This document shows positions 31,705 through 41,336 of a stretch of DNA of 64,000 nucleotides, one piece after another. Source of the DNA: Candidatus Bathyarchaeota archaeon. GTDB lineage: Archaea; Thermoproteota; Bathyarchaeia; 40CM-2-53-6. The notes under the pieces were generated by a model, which was not told where the DNA came from, searched no databases, and saw only the letters and a list, made by a program, of their open reading frames with translations. The DNA is taken from NCBI GenBank assembly GCA_963733055.1, contig CAVTBR010000003.1, positions 712,460 to 776,459 of the forward strand, in the 5' to 3' direction. The translations under genes and the position numbers were made by a program. Position 1 is the first letter of the stretch, and each line of letters begins with the position of its first letter.

Positions 31705-33535
31705 CTAGGTTAAGACTCGAATTCTCTGTTTTGAGACGAGAGCGCGCAAGAGGCTCCGGCCTAGATCGGACTTCTTTGACACTCTGATCTGACCCTTCTT
31801 CCCAATTGTTGCTGAGAATAGATACTGGTCGCCGACGTAGACATTAGCAACCGTTCCAGTTAGGCTTTCATCGAAAACGATGTCAATCCGATTACCTACC
31901 TCCCTTATCTCGTACCTCGTTTCTTTTCCGGACGAACTTGGAGCGAGAGGCTCCACATCAATCTTAACCCCGAGCTTCTCCTCGAGTTTAGTGACCGTCA
32001 CGCCCTTCTTGCCGATGAGGATCGGAACAATGTCGTTGTCGACTCGGACGACGGCTCGATTGTCGGATACCAGTGTTACCTCAGCGTTGGGATCGAAATG
32101 CCTGATCTCCTGAGTTATCCTTTCCTCCGCCAGCTTCCGCGCCCCGCTTACCGTTCGCTTGATTTCGCTGACTGGAATTATCACGTTCTCTTCGCCGAAC
32201 GTGTAGATCTCGAATCGAAGGTTTCCTGTCTCGAAATCGTTTACCTCAACCACAGGCCTAGCTAAATCCGCCTCCGTCATTCCGGTTGGAACCTTTACGG
32301 TGAGGTTCAAGGTGAATAGGTCGCGCACCTCTCCATACTGGATGAAGATTACCGTGTCGATTATGTGAGGGATCATGCCTAACTCTACTCGCCCAATGAA
32401 GCGTTGGATAGCGTTGATAGCCTCACTCGCGTGAACGACGCCGATCATGCCCACTCCGGCCAAACGCATGTCCGCGAATATCATGAAATCCTTACTCTTC
32501 CTCACCTCGTCGAAAACAGTGTAATCAGGCCGCACGAGGAGCAGGATTTCCGCGGTCTTCTCGAAATCGCCTTCCAACGGGCCGTACTGGGTTATCTCAG
32601 GTCCAACCTGCAGATCCCTTGGAGACTCGAGCGTCTTCACGATCTTGCTCTTTTTCAAGTAGAATTCCGCCAGGGACGAGGCGAAGGTCGTCTTACCGGA
32701 ACCTGGCGGCCCCGAAATGAGGATACCTTCGGCACCTGTTGCGAGACGCTCCATGAGCTTCTCGGAAAGCTTGTAGTCTTGTAGGGTGAGGCTTACGACC
32801 GGGCGTACGATGGTTACTTCCAAACCGTCCGATAAAGGCGGACGGGTAATAGCGACCCTGAACCGGCCGAGCTGAATTACCATGGCGCCGCCGCGGTTGA
32901 TTTCGACGAACCCCTCATCGCTTACACGGGTGGCCTCCGTGACTTCTCGAATTATCTGTTCAACTTCCTGAACCGTGCTGAGGCTTTCGGACAGGGTAAC
33001 CAGTTCAAATTTGCCCGGTTTACCTCTCTTCGCTAGCGGTTTCGTCCCTTCCTTCAAGTGGATACTGGAAGTGTCGGGGGTGAAGAATTTCTCAAACGCG
33101 AGGCCGGTCAGTTTAACCTCGCCTGGGATGTGCTTGACCTTCACGCCCGCGGCTTCTGCCGCCAAGGCTTGCACGTAGTCCGCGGTCAGTAGGGTTCCGT
33201 TCTCAGTTTTCGCGACATCGGTGATTAGGGCGTCGAGGCGGCCGCTTCTGGCGAGCATAATGTCGTTGTAGCCGGGTCGCTCCCCCAAGAATGTGAGTTT
33301 AATCCCCTTACTCTCGCAAAGAACTCTTAGTTTCTTTATTTCTTCTAACCCAATGAAGCCTGTTTCGCGACCTTTCGAAGCTTGAGCTTGCAGTTCATCT
33401 AGGACCGCGCGGTGGGATGATAATTTCAACATCTCCCAATCCTTCCTTCTCTATGATGGATGGCACCTTTCCGTCGATGATTATCGATGTATCGGGAACG
33501 AATTTCTCTGTCAACTCTAAATCCTTACGCGCCAT
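31705..33535 (-). CDS. PINA: PIN-domain ATPase with C-terminal KH (frameshift near 33415)
   Basis: VPDTSIIIDG (PIN) in upstream frame; GPPGSGKTT, ESPRDL, LLVRPDYTVFDEVR, KH IGKKG. Confidence 0.92.
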
Positions 33536-33628
33536 GACTAGAGAACTCTCCATAAAAACAGTACCAACCGAAACAGGCGATTGAGAATCGAACATCTATT
33601 ATCGATGAACGCCTCGGAACTGTAAGCG

Positions 33629-34157
33629 ATGAAGTTGGAGCAGCGAATCTCATCCAAAAGCGTGTACAACGGCAGAATCCTCAACCTACGTCTTGACGAG
33701 GTAAGGATCGAAAACGGGAAACTCGCGAGCCGCGAAATCGTTGAACACCGAGGAGCCGCAGCCATAGTGCCTATTCTTCCGGGAGGCAACGTGATCCTCG
33801 TCCGTCAGTACCGATACGCCGTCTCCGCTGAACTCCTTGAGATCCCCGCTGGAACGTTAGAGCGCGGCGAGGACCCGAAGGTCTGTGCGGGACGAGAGTT
33901 AGAGGAAGAAACAGGGTACACTTGTCGAACCCTTGTTAAGATTCTGGAATGCTTTGTAGCACCCGGCTACAGCACCGAGAAGATCCACATTTACTTGGCC
34001 AAAGACTTGACGAAGACGCAGACGAGATTGGAAGAAGATGAAAACCTTACCGTTGAAAGTTTCCCATTCCAAACGGCCTTAGAGAAGATCCGGACCGGGG
34101 AAATACGGGACTGCGAAGACAATAGCCGGTCTTCAAGGCACAGCAAAACTACTCTAA
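33629..34157 (+). CDS. NUDIX hydrolase (ADP-ribose pyrophosphatase type); 3' frameshift near 34112
   Basis: RQYRY, EIPAGTLE.GE....A.RELEEETG Nudix box; DAKTIAGL continues in a shifted frame. Confidence 0.9.
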
Positions 34158-34738
34158 TTCACAATCCCGATCTTGAAAAAATCAGGGTAACCGGCGGATA
34201 TCATTCTTGAGACATTGTCTCGAAGATGGTCTATGTTCACACCGAAATGTTCTGAATGATGATCAGACAATTTACTTTGGGCCCGACGCATCACGCTGAG
34301 AGTAACCGCCAGTTCATTCTTTTGTAAATGAACGAGTGCGGCGGCGAGAAGGATTAGGCCCTGGAGTATCTCCTTATCAGTTCCGGCAGCCTTCAACCAT
34401 GCCGACTCCAGTGCTTCGTGGCTTTCCCAGAACCTCTCATCATTGAAGAACTGAAGTCCCTGTCGAATCGCATCCCCGGGTTCCATTTGCGGGCTTGGGA
34501 TGTCAAGCTCCCTTAGAGTAAGCAGTGGCCCTAACTCGTTCTCTAGAGACTTCGTTGCTTGCTGCAGATTGCCCTTTGAGTCTAGCAGCAGATCCAACTC
34601 CACAGCTGAGCTACTAACTCGAAGATTCCCAACATCTCCGCCAAACTCCTTCACCACCCGGTATGATCGCAGCGTCAAATCTCTCGCATCCTTAGGCGCA
34701 AACTGTGATCGATTCGATAGCCTAAGCAGGAATCTCAT
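34154..34738 (-). CDS. DUF309 domain protein
   Basis: FN..RFWESHEALE..W, QGLI..AAA..H. Confidence 0.85.
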   Translation of the reverse strand: MRFLLRLSNRSQFAPKDARDLTLRSYRVVKEFGGDVGNLRVSSSAVELDLLLDSKGNLQQATKSLENELGPLLTLRELDIPSPQMEPGDAIRQGLQFFNDERFWESHEALESAWLKAAGTDKEILQGLILLAAALVHLQKNELAVTLSVMRRAQSKLSDHHSEHFGVNIDHLRDNVSRMISAGYPDFFKIGIVN

Positions 34739-34829
34739 CGAGACACGCCTGGCACTCTAATTGAGAGTGGGGGTATTTGACAACAGCTATAACGATGTGC
34801 AAGGGTGTCACCCGTGAATCGGTTCGGAG

Positions 34830-35252
34830 TTGCAATCCAAGGTGTCAACAACGCAGGAGTATGTGATTGACGGGAATGATTTCAATAAGAAACTCGATCC
34901 CTTGAACCTTGAAGCTTTCCAGCCGACGGGTGAACTCCACCAAATGTTAACCGGTCAAGTGTTCGAAGCCGTTGAGAAGAAAGTCATTAAGGGATTGGCT
35001 GACGAGATTGAGAAGACTAAACCTCAAACAGTTCGATTCGTAAACCTTGAGGCCCTAGCTACGGGCCCACACAAAGCCTACCTATACCCAATATGCGGCT
35101 CCCTCGCCGCCCTCATCGAGAACCTCAAGGCTAAGGGAATTCAGGTTACCGGCACAATCCAGAACCCAATGCTGTTACCATGGCATTTGGTTGCAAAGCT
35201 AGACGCGAACTTCAAAGGCATACCAGCCCCAGGACAAATCGAACCACCCTGA
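34830..35252 (+). CDS. Hypothetical protein
   Basis: 140-aa ORF with normal composition and no competing frame. Confidence 0.6.
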   Translation: MQSKVSTTQEYVIDGNDFNKKLDPLNLEAFQPTGELHQMLTGQVFEAVEKKVIKGLADEIEKTKPQTVRFVNLEALATGPHKAYLYPICGSLAALIENLKAKGIQVTGTIQNPMLLPWHLVAKLDANFKGIPAPGQIEPP

Positions 35253-35332
35253 ACCCAATCCTAGAAAGGCCTGGACCTACGTGAGAAACGGTTAATTGTG
35301 AGCTTGAAAATTCATCACACGAGGAAACAGAT

Positions 35333-35794
35333 TTGTCAGTTGATGTAGGCCAAAAAATGTTAGACTTCCAACTTCCGGACCAGAACCGAAAGCAAAGGTC
35401 ATTGAAGGAGTTTCAAGGAAAGAAGGTAGTCTTAGCGTTCCTCCCGGGAGCGTTCACGGGCGTATGCGATAAAGAGATGTGTACGTTCAGGGATTCTCTG
35501 CAAAACCTGCCGGGTCAGGTTGTTGCGGTCAGCGTGAACGATCCGTTCACGAACAAAGCTTTCGCGGACGCGAACAAGCTACAGTTTCCAATACTCAGCG
35601 ACTACATGAGAGAGACGATCAAGAAACTGAACATCGTTCACAACGATTTCGCAGGATTGAAAGGATATACCGCCGCGAAGAGAGCCGTGTTCGTACTAGA
35701 CCCTTCTGGGACGGTTCGCTACAGGTGGATATCGGACGACCCTGGGAAGGAACCAAACTACGACGAAGTCAAATCCGCCTTAGCCAAGCCCTAG
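35333..35794 (+). CDS. Peroxiredoxin (AhpE/BCP-like)
   Basis: PGAFTGVCDKEMC, KRAVFVLD..G. Confidence 0.92.
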   Translation: MSVDVGQKMLDFQLPDQNRKQRSLKEFQGKKVVLAFLPGAFTGVCDKEMCTFRDSLQNLPGQVVAVSVNDPFTNKAFADANKLQFPILSDYMRETIKKLNIVHNDFAGLKGYTAAKRAVFVLDPSGTVRYRWISDDPGKEPNYDEVKSALAKP

Positions 35795-36384
35795 ATAAAC
35801 CAGTGACTTAGAAAGCGGGTGTCCGACACAGCGGATGACACCCTGATTTTTCCGGACTCGAAGGGTTAACCCCGCCCCCTCCTCTCGCTAGTAGGGCGTT
35901 GAGTCCCTCTTCAATAGGACACTCAGGCGTGCTCCCATTAACAACTCGAGGCAACCACGGGATTGAAATGGGTTCCAGTTGGATTCAACTGTGTCCCAAT
36001 TCAGCCGCATTGTGATATGGGTACCTACCACACACGGTTCGTCCCGTGCCGAAGATAATTGTAGAGCGCACTCTGGCACGATCTGGTGCAACTATGGCAC
36101 AGTTCTCAGCCGCCATCCCCACTCTACTGAATGAGGAGTGAGTAGGTTAAGGCTGCGCGCCGGATTCGCATGATCATGTGAAGGGGGTGCTTTGACGGAC
36201 GGTTTCTTGGGTTTGCTCTATCTGAGTTTGGGTTTCGAGTAAAGTTAATTTAGAGACCTCACAATTTTCCTTGTCAAGGTCGAGCCGTTGAGAAGGAATA
36301 GCCTTCCATAGCATTCCGAACCGATTTTTCCTAGAATTATCTGGACCCATTTGCGTTTCTTTGCTTGGAGGCCGGTTTTGATGC

Positions 36385-37305
36385 ATAGGGGGAATCGCCT
36401 TCCAGTTTGGGAGGGCAACTAAGCGCAGCTACTTCGGTAACGAAATCTCAAAGCAGCCACTGAAGACTCAAGAAATAACCGAGTCTTGCATTACTACAGG
36501 TTTCGACTTTCATTTCATCGATGCCGAATGGCAAAGAAACTACATGCCCCCAAGCGAACTAGACTCCTTACTCAGTTGGGTTGAGGAACTAGAATCTAAC
36601 CTAACGATCGTCGTAACCGTCAATGCGAGGCATCGATCCGCCTTCGATCTGATCGCCGAATACACTGAATCCATGAGACAGCACGATAATGGCGGGCTTT
36701 GCTTTGTCGCAGGTAATCCCACGTACCTATGCGAAGAGGAATGTGAGTTGGATGGCGAATCTAGAATCCTTGAGCTAGTCAAAACAAGTCGAAGTAAGCT
36801 TCCTTCCGCTCCCATATTTCTCGGATCTGAAGTCATGCATCCGTCGTCATTGCAGGTTGCGGCTAGTTACAACGTCATTCCGTTCATGCTTCTCGGTAAG
36901 AGGACGATGAGCACGTTAGCAGAGCGAAATTCCACCGACGGAGTCTCAGAATCGGCCGTCTATTGTCCCGCCTACTTATCCGCGCACAACGAAAAGAAAC
37001 TAGTGAAAGCACTGGGACCCTATGCTCTTAGGCGAAGATGGGTCAGGAGAATGTTGAGAGAACGAGGATTACGGGTTGCGGATGTCAAGTCTCAGATCTC
37101 GAACGGTGGATTGACTGAGAGGACGACTGAGAGTTTGCTCGCGAATGCAATACGCGAGCTCGCCCTGTGCAAGGGAGATCATGCTGAACAAACCCTTCGC
37201 GGCCTTTCATCGTTGGGAGTGAGGTACGCCGCGGTGCTACAGGCGGAGGATAGTGGGGAGGAATTTGAACATCTCCGCAGGCTCGCGACTCAATTCAGTA
37301 ATTAG
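36385..37305 (+). CDS. Hypothetical alpha/beta (TIM-barrel-like) protein; start uncertain
   Basis: Frame is open from about 36385 (IGGIAFQFG...FHFIDAEW) into the called ORF 36544-37305; possible indel in the G5 run after ATG at 36381. Confidence 0.55.
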   Translation: MGGIAFQFGRATKRSYFGNEISKQPLKTQEITESCITTGFDFHFIDAEWQRNYMPPSELDSLLSWVEELESNLTIVVTVNARHRSAFDLIAEYTESMRQHDNGGLCFVAGNPTYLCEEECELDGESRILELVKTSRSKLPSAPIFLGSEVMHPSSLQVAASYNVIPFMLLGKRTMSTLAERNSTDGVSESAVYCPAYLSAHNEKKLVKALGPYALRRRWVRRMLRERGLRVADVKSQISNGGLTERTTESLLANAIRELALCKGDHAEQTLRGLSSLGVRYAAVLQAEDSGEEFEHLRRLATQFSN

Positions 37306-37320
37306 AAAAATGAGAAAAAA
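37306..37320 (-). terminator. U-rich archaeal terminator of hsp20
   Basis: TTTTTTCTCATTTTT on the minus strand about 20 nt after the hsp20 stop. Confidence 0.5.
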
Positions 37321-37339
37321 GGCGGGAGGAGGGATGGGT

Positions 37340-37948
37340 TTAGTCGATTTTGATTTCTTTGCCCTTTGGTCTAGGTTGGGTTTTGCGTAGGGTGATTTCT
37401 AGGACGCCGTTGTTGTATGAGGCCTTGGTGCTGTCGGGGTCTACGCCGGTCGGTAGTTGAACTTCCTTGTAGTACTTGTGGTTCGGTGAATCCACTCTGA
37501 TCGTTAATGCGTCCTCGTTGATGCTGGTCTTTATGTCGGACTTCTCGACGCCGGGTAGTTCCGCAACTACGCGCACTTGTGCTTGTTCGTTGATGACATC
37601 GACTAAGGGTTCACGGGTTTCTTTTGGTTCCAGGGCTGGTTGCTGCATGCCGAATGCGCCTGGGCGTCGGGATGGTTTCACGTTGCCGAACTCTTGTACG
37701 TTGGGCTTGCCGTCGGGGCCGATAGACATGGAGTAGCCGTAAACGAAGGGGCCGTACTGCTTCACGGTTGAACCGTCAGGTAGCTTTCTCTCAGTCATCA
37801 TGTCCTTCGGCATACCCTTGAGCATGTCCTGGAACATGTTCTCGAACATCTCATCGACGTCGCCGAACCAGCGGTCCATCCAACCGAAAGGAGACTGCCT
37901 GCCCTTTCGTGACCTAAACCATTCGGGAAGGAATTCGTCTGAAGACAT
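37340..37948 (-). CDS. hsp20: Archaeal small heat shock protein Hsp20
   Basis: GPFVYGYSM.IGPDGKP...EFGN, REPLVDV, AELPGVEK, ASYNNGVLEI; SD GAGGTGA upstream. Confidence 0.96.
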   Translation of the reverse strand: MSSDEFLPEWFRSRKGRQSPFGWMDRWFGDVDEMFENMFQDMLKGMPKDMMTERKLPDGSTVKQYGPFVYGYSMSIGPDGKPNVQEFGNVKPSRRPGAFGMQQPALEPKETREPLVDVINEQAQVRVVAELPGVEKSDIKTSINEDALTIRVDSPNHKYYKEVQLPTGVDPDSTKASYNNGVLEITLRKTQPRPKGKEIKID

Positions 37949-37977
37949 TTTCTTAATTCACCTCTGATAGGCTAGTT

Positions 37978-38025
37978 TGTTACCTTTAGTAACAGTCCGA
38001 TATAAATATTGTTACGTAAGGTAAC
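37978..38025 (-). promoter_or_regulatory. hsp20 promoter: TATA box flanked by two GTTAC-N5-GTAAC palindromes (putative heat-shock repressor operators)
   Basis: TGTTACCTTTAGTAACA at 37978-37994; TTTATA (minus strand) at 38001-38006; GTTACGTAAGGTAAC at 38011-38025. Confidence 0.7.
38012..38019. repeat. 8-bp target-site duplication TTACGTAA, copy 1
   Basis: Identical 8-mer immediately outside element ends at 38012, 40864 and 43658. Confidence 0.85.
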
Positions 38026-38081
38026 GTCAAGTCCTCGGTTGATAGGTTAGTTTCTTGTTGTTGTAAAAAAGCGGTTGATAA

Positions 38082-38651
38082 CTAGGACTTTGACTTAGGT
38101 CGGAGTAGAAGTGCGTCGGTCGTATCTTGCCTAATATCTGTAAGGCCCTTTCTTATCGAGGACTTATACGCATCGGAATATCGAGCATATCGGTTGTTGA
38201 GCGAATCGAAAACTCGAAGGTGCTCATCATCATAGCCAACTACTGTGAACATATGCTTGTTGCCATTAAGTTGGCCCGTGTAAACATCGTGCGATGGAAC
38301 GGAGATTATGTAAGGTAGTCCGTCATCCACACCTTTTTCCAGAGCGATAATTAGGTCTTCGAATGTCTTGAAGTCGGATGCGGGAAAATGTTTAGGCGTT
38401 CGTGACCAAGCTAAGTCTTCATGCGTCGAAAGAGGCGGCTCTGTGTAAGACAAAAGCCCAATGTCTGACTCAGGTTTTCGCATTCGTGCATTACACGCTG
38501 ATATGAAAACTTCAGAAAGCGCATTTTGGTTTATCTTCGAATCAGGTACGTGATAACGCGTAACGGCTTCAACATTCGCAAATGTACACCACCACCAATC
38601 TGCTTGCCGTACGCCGAAAGGGAAATCGTCGAACCTTGGTATGCACTTCAT
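38082..38651 (-). CDS. Cargo: papain-like C39-type cysteine peptidase
   Basis: Q..WWWC (Gln/Cys), HMFTVVGYDD (His), VFDS (Asp); ATG at 38651 overlaps the transposase stop (ATGA). Confidence 0.7.
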   Translation of the reverse strand: MKCIPRFDDFPFGVRQADWWWCTFANVEAVTRYHVPDSKINQNALSEVFISACNARMRKPESDIGLLSYTEPPLSTHEDLAWSRTPKHFPASDFKTFEDLIIALEKGVDDGLPYIISVPSHDVYTGQLNGNKHMFTVVGYDDEHLRVFDSLNNRYARYSDAYKSSIRKGLTDIRQDTTDALLLRPKSKS

Positions 38652-39802
38652 GTAAGCTCTTTCATGTTTCTTGCTTCTTTTGCGTTTTGGATGAGCGTTA
38701 GCCACTTGTTTTCACCGCTTATGGTTATTCCCGCTACTTCTGCCGGAGTTTTGCCGTTCAATGCCGTGTGTGGTCGTATGTAGTTGTGAAATAATTGATA
38801 GCCCCTAAGTATGGGACTGTCGGGCTTTTCGAGGGTACGCATTACACGTTCTCGGTCACGGATTTCCCCGTTCATGCGTTCCATTTTGTTATTGTGAACC
38901 GTTCCATCGAAGCGTATGTCGCGTATGTGTTCGGGACGATTCGCTAGTTTGCTTGTGTAGAACTCGTCGTTGAATGCTTCATGAAAGTTAGGCGCACCGT
39001 CAGTAATGAGGGTTCTGGGGTTCTTGTGTGCGATTGCCTTAGCTTGTTTAAACAGCGGTCGAATGTCAGCCGAATACTTGGTATCGGCTACCTCTTGCGC
39101 TATCCAGAAACGGGTTTGGTCATCCATTAGAGCGTAGAGATATTTCATGTTGCCATGAACTTTCAGAAAGAGTTCATCGGCTCTCCAAGTATCGCTTACC
39201 TGCGGTGTGATTTTGTCTAAGTATTTCTCCATCAGAGCCGTGTATTTCTCAATCCAGTTGTAAACGGTTTGGTGGCTAACCTGAGTGCCCAACAGTCTGA
39301 GTGACCGAGAAGTATTTCTGAGGCTCTCACCGGAGAAATAAAGTTGCATAGCCGTTGTGATAGCTTGCGGGTTGTGCTTCATGCGCTCGAAACCTAGATT
39401 CACGCTAAAGGTTCTATGACAATCCGCACAGAGGAATCGCTGAATGTCGCCGTACTTGTTGTGTCTGCACCCGAACTTCTTCAGGTTTGAGGATTGGCAG
39501 AATAGGCAGGATGTAATCGAAACGGGTTCAATCACGTTTTCTTTGACTTTCTCCCTTATCCTGAGGCTGAACTCTACAGCCCAAATGTGCTTACATCTTA
39601 AAATCTGGTGAAGCTCTGAGGCTCGGTAGTGGAAATCTAAACAATCACAAATCCATGAACCGTTCTCGCGACGAATAACATCATACATTCCATGTCCGTT
39701 CTGAGAAGCTACCTTGTAACTGCGCTCATCCATGCGCTGAATTTGGTTTGGTTTCTCAGCGATTAGTCGGCCTCTTTCTTCACGGGAGAGAACTGTTTGC
39801 AT
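38648..39802 (-). CDS. IS6-family (IS240-type) DDE transposase with N-terminal SWIM finger and Zn ribbon
   Basis: CDC..CKH (SWIM); CxxC..QRFLCxxC; HTH; WRADE, ITDG, HNNKMER, NYIRPH. Confidence 0.92.
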   Translation of the reverse strand: MQTVLSREERGRLIAEKPNQIQRMDERSYKVASQNGHGMYDVIRRENGSWICDCLDFHYRASELHQILRCKHIWAVEFSLRIREKVKENVIEPVSITSCLFCQSSNLKKFGCRHNKYGDIQRFLCADCHRTFSVNLGFERMKHNPQAITTAMQLYFSGESLRNTSRSLRLLGTQVSHQTVYNWIEKYTALMEKYLDKITPQVSDTWRADELFLKVHGNMKYLYALMDDQTRFWIAQEVADTKYSADIRPLFKQAKAIAHKNPRTLITDGAPNFHEAFNDEFYTSKLANRPEHIRDIRFDGTVHNNKMERMNGEIRDRERVMRTLEKPDSPILRGYQLFHNYIRPHTALNGKTPAEVAGITISGENKWLTLIQNAKEARNMKELT

Positions 39803-39811
39803 CGCTTTCAC

Positions 39812-39863
39812 GGCTACGATACTGTAGCCTAAGTTTAATATAAGGCTTACTACGATATCGTAG
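39812..39863. promoter_or_regulatory. Divergent promoter with paired CTAC-N6-GTAG operator-like sites
   Basis: GGCTACGATACTGTAGCC (39812-39829) and CTACGATATCGTAG (39850-39863), 36 bp apart, around the AT-rich core TTTAATATAA. Confidence 0.7.
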
Positions 39864-39874
39864 CTCTGAGAACA

Positions 39875-40057
39875 ATGGTCAGAAGAGAGATACTCGGCAA
39901 ATCCGAGCGTAAAGTACTAGAGGCATACTTCAACGGTAAACGAATGAAAGGATACACAACGCTCTTCACCCGAATACGGCAACTCGGACTAACCGCAATA
40001 ATCGAGGGATGTGAACACGATCTAGCTTTGTTGAGAAAGTTGAAGGGCGTACTCTAG
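39875..40057 (+). CDS. Conserved 60-aa transposon accessory protein (putative DNA-binding regulator)
   Basis: About 34/60 residues identical to the ORF at 42535-42726 (manual alignment); same position relative to the transposase. Confidence 0.85.
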   Translation: MVRREILGKSERKVLEAYFNGKRMKGYTTLFTRIRQLGLTAIIEGCEHDLALLRKLKGVL

Positions 40058-40748
40058 CCTAGAACCTGTGCTTCAACGCTTCCATTAGGTGTAGGCTTAA
40101 GTTCGATATGATGTAACTTGCCGTCAACGCTTGTTCTCAAAGTCAGCCTGAAAGGGGTTAGGTCTAGTCCAGATGCACCGGAAGCAACTCCCAAGAAGAT
40201 TGTATCAACGCTTTCGATTGTAAAGGCTAACAGTACTGTAGTTTGCCCGCCGTTTCTAGGAATTGTCTCTCTAGATACATGATGGATTCTGTCTCCACGG
40301 AAAGCAATTGTATATGGTTGATGTTTGCCCGCTGTTATTTCCAAATCACCTTCAGGGATGTGCGCATAGGTCAGTGGAAGCTCAACTGGGAAGAAATGCT
40401 TACTTGGCGGTGTCGCAGCCGAGGGAACATTAGTCACGGTACAATCCTTCGCGTCTGCCCTCCCGTTGTTTTGCAATTTCAGATACGTGAGGAACGCTTT
40501 CTTTGGGCCAAGGTTACTAACCTTACCCTTCTCATCTAGAAATGTCACATTCTTCGTTTGATATTCCATTGGAGGAAGGGCTTCAAACTTTAGCTTCGGT
40601 TTTAGAAAAAAATGCGATAGACTAGCCAAAATGCTGGTATCCCAAAAAGGATACCAGTCTCTATAATCAAAATCAACTCCCCCCAACTCGCTAAGGGAGG
40701 AATCCCCGCTGTCGTCGTGGTCGCATTTTGTAGGGGAAACATGGACAT
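40054..40748 (-). CDS. Cargo: N-terminally membrane-anchored beta-rich protein (frameshift at T7 run near 40606-40612)
   Basis: ATG 40748 gives MSMFPLQ...ELILIIETGILFGIPAFWLVYRIFF; one extra T joins it to LKPKLKFE...LKLQNNGRADAKDC of the called ORF. Confidence 0.6.
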
Positions 40749-40863
40749 CTTCTGTTCCGATTCCATATTTAACGCCTCTTAAGAAAGAAGCTGATTTCGA
40801 GCCATCAACCGAAATTTTACAACGAGAAGAACTAAGGCTATCAACCGTCATCTTGACGTTACC

Positions 40864-40871
40864 TTACGTAA
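40864..40871. repeat. 8-bp target-site duplication TTACGTAA, copy 2 (centre of 24-bp perfect palindrome 40856-40879)
   Basis: ACGTTACC-TTACGTAA-GGTAACGT junction between units 1 and 2. Confidence 0.9.
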
Positions 40872-40967
40872 GGTAACGTTACCTTAACGGTTGACGGCTC
40901 AAATTCTTGGTGCTGTTACCGTTCGGTTGATTTACCGCCAAGCCTCTCAAGCAGACAGGGCTTACTC

Positions 40968-41336
40968 TTGTATGCTTACGCTATCGGCACTACCATATTG
41001 GGAATCGTGGCAGGTGTATGTGCCGCTTTATTCCAAAAACGCAAAGAAAGCGTAGATGACGATATTGGATACCTAGAAGTTGGACAATGGTCCGCTCAAT
41101 TGTTTACCGTGGAGCATTTCAATGAGCGATTTGCTAACTATCACATCTACATAGACCCTAGTACAATACCAAACACGCCAGAGGCGACAATGACAGCCCC
41201 CTATGCTGCTTGCAGATATTTTCTAAGTAGGTTGAAAGCAATTAGAGACACTAGACGATTCACAGTTACCCTTTCCACCATTATCGCTGCTATTGCGATA
41301 GGCACAGCCGCGATACTATTCGCGTTTGGATTTTGA
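40968..41336 (+). CDS. Cargo: small two-TM membrane protein
   Basis: Hydrophobic N- and C-terminal segments; convergent with the transposase. Confidence 0.65.
   Translation: MYAYAIGTTILGIVAGVCAALFQKRKESVDDDIGYLEVGQWSAQLFTVEHFNERFANYHIYIDPSTIPNTPEATMTAPYAACRYFLSRLKAIRDTRRFTVTLSTIIAAIAIGTAAILFAFGF

Larger units (their letters stand above)
38020..40863 (-). mobile_element. IS6-like cargo transposon, unit 1 (2844 bp, complete)
   Basis: Ends GGTAACGTCAAG-N4-CGGTTGATAG...CGGTTGAT (38020-38079) and inverted copy (40804-40863); flanked by TTACGTAA; transposase, small ORF and two cargo genes inside. Confidence 0.9.

Noticed and set aside
14461-34157. Multiple frameshifts (S-component, top6A, Dim2, PHP, ribophorin, PINA, Nudix) as programmed recoding or pseudogenisation
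   Set aside because: They hit core genes with otherwise intact motifs and show no common slippery signal. Sequencing or assembly indels are the simplest explanation.
36148-36170. CGAATCCGGCGCGCAGCC (minus strand) as a tRNA 3' end or att site
   Set aside because: No GTTC T-loop context, no cloverleaf and no integrase nearby.
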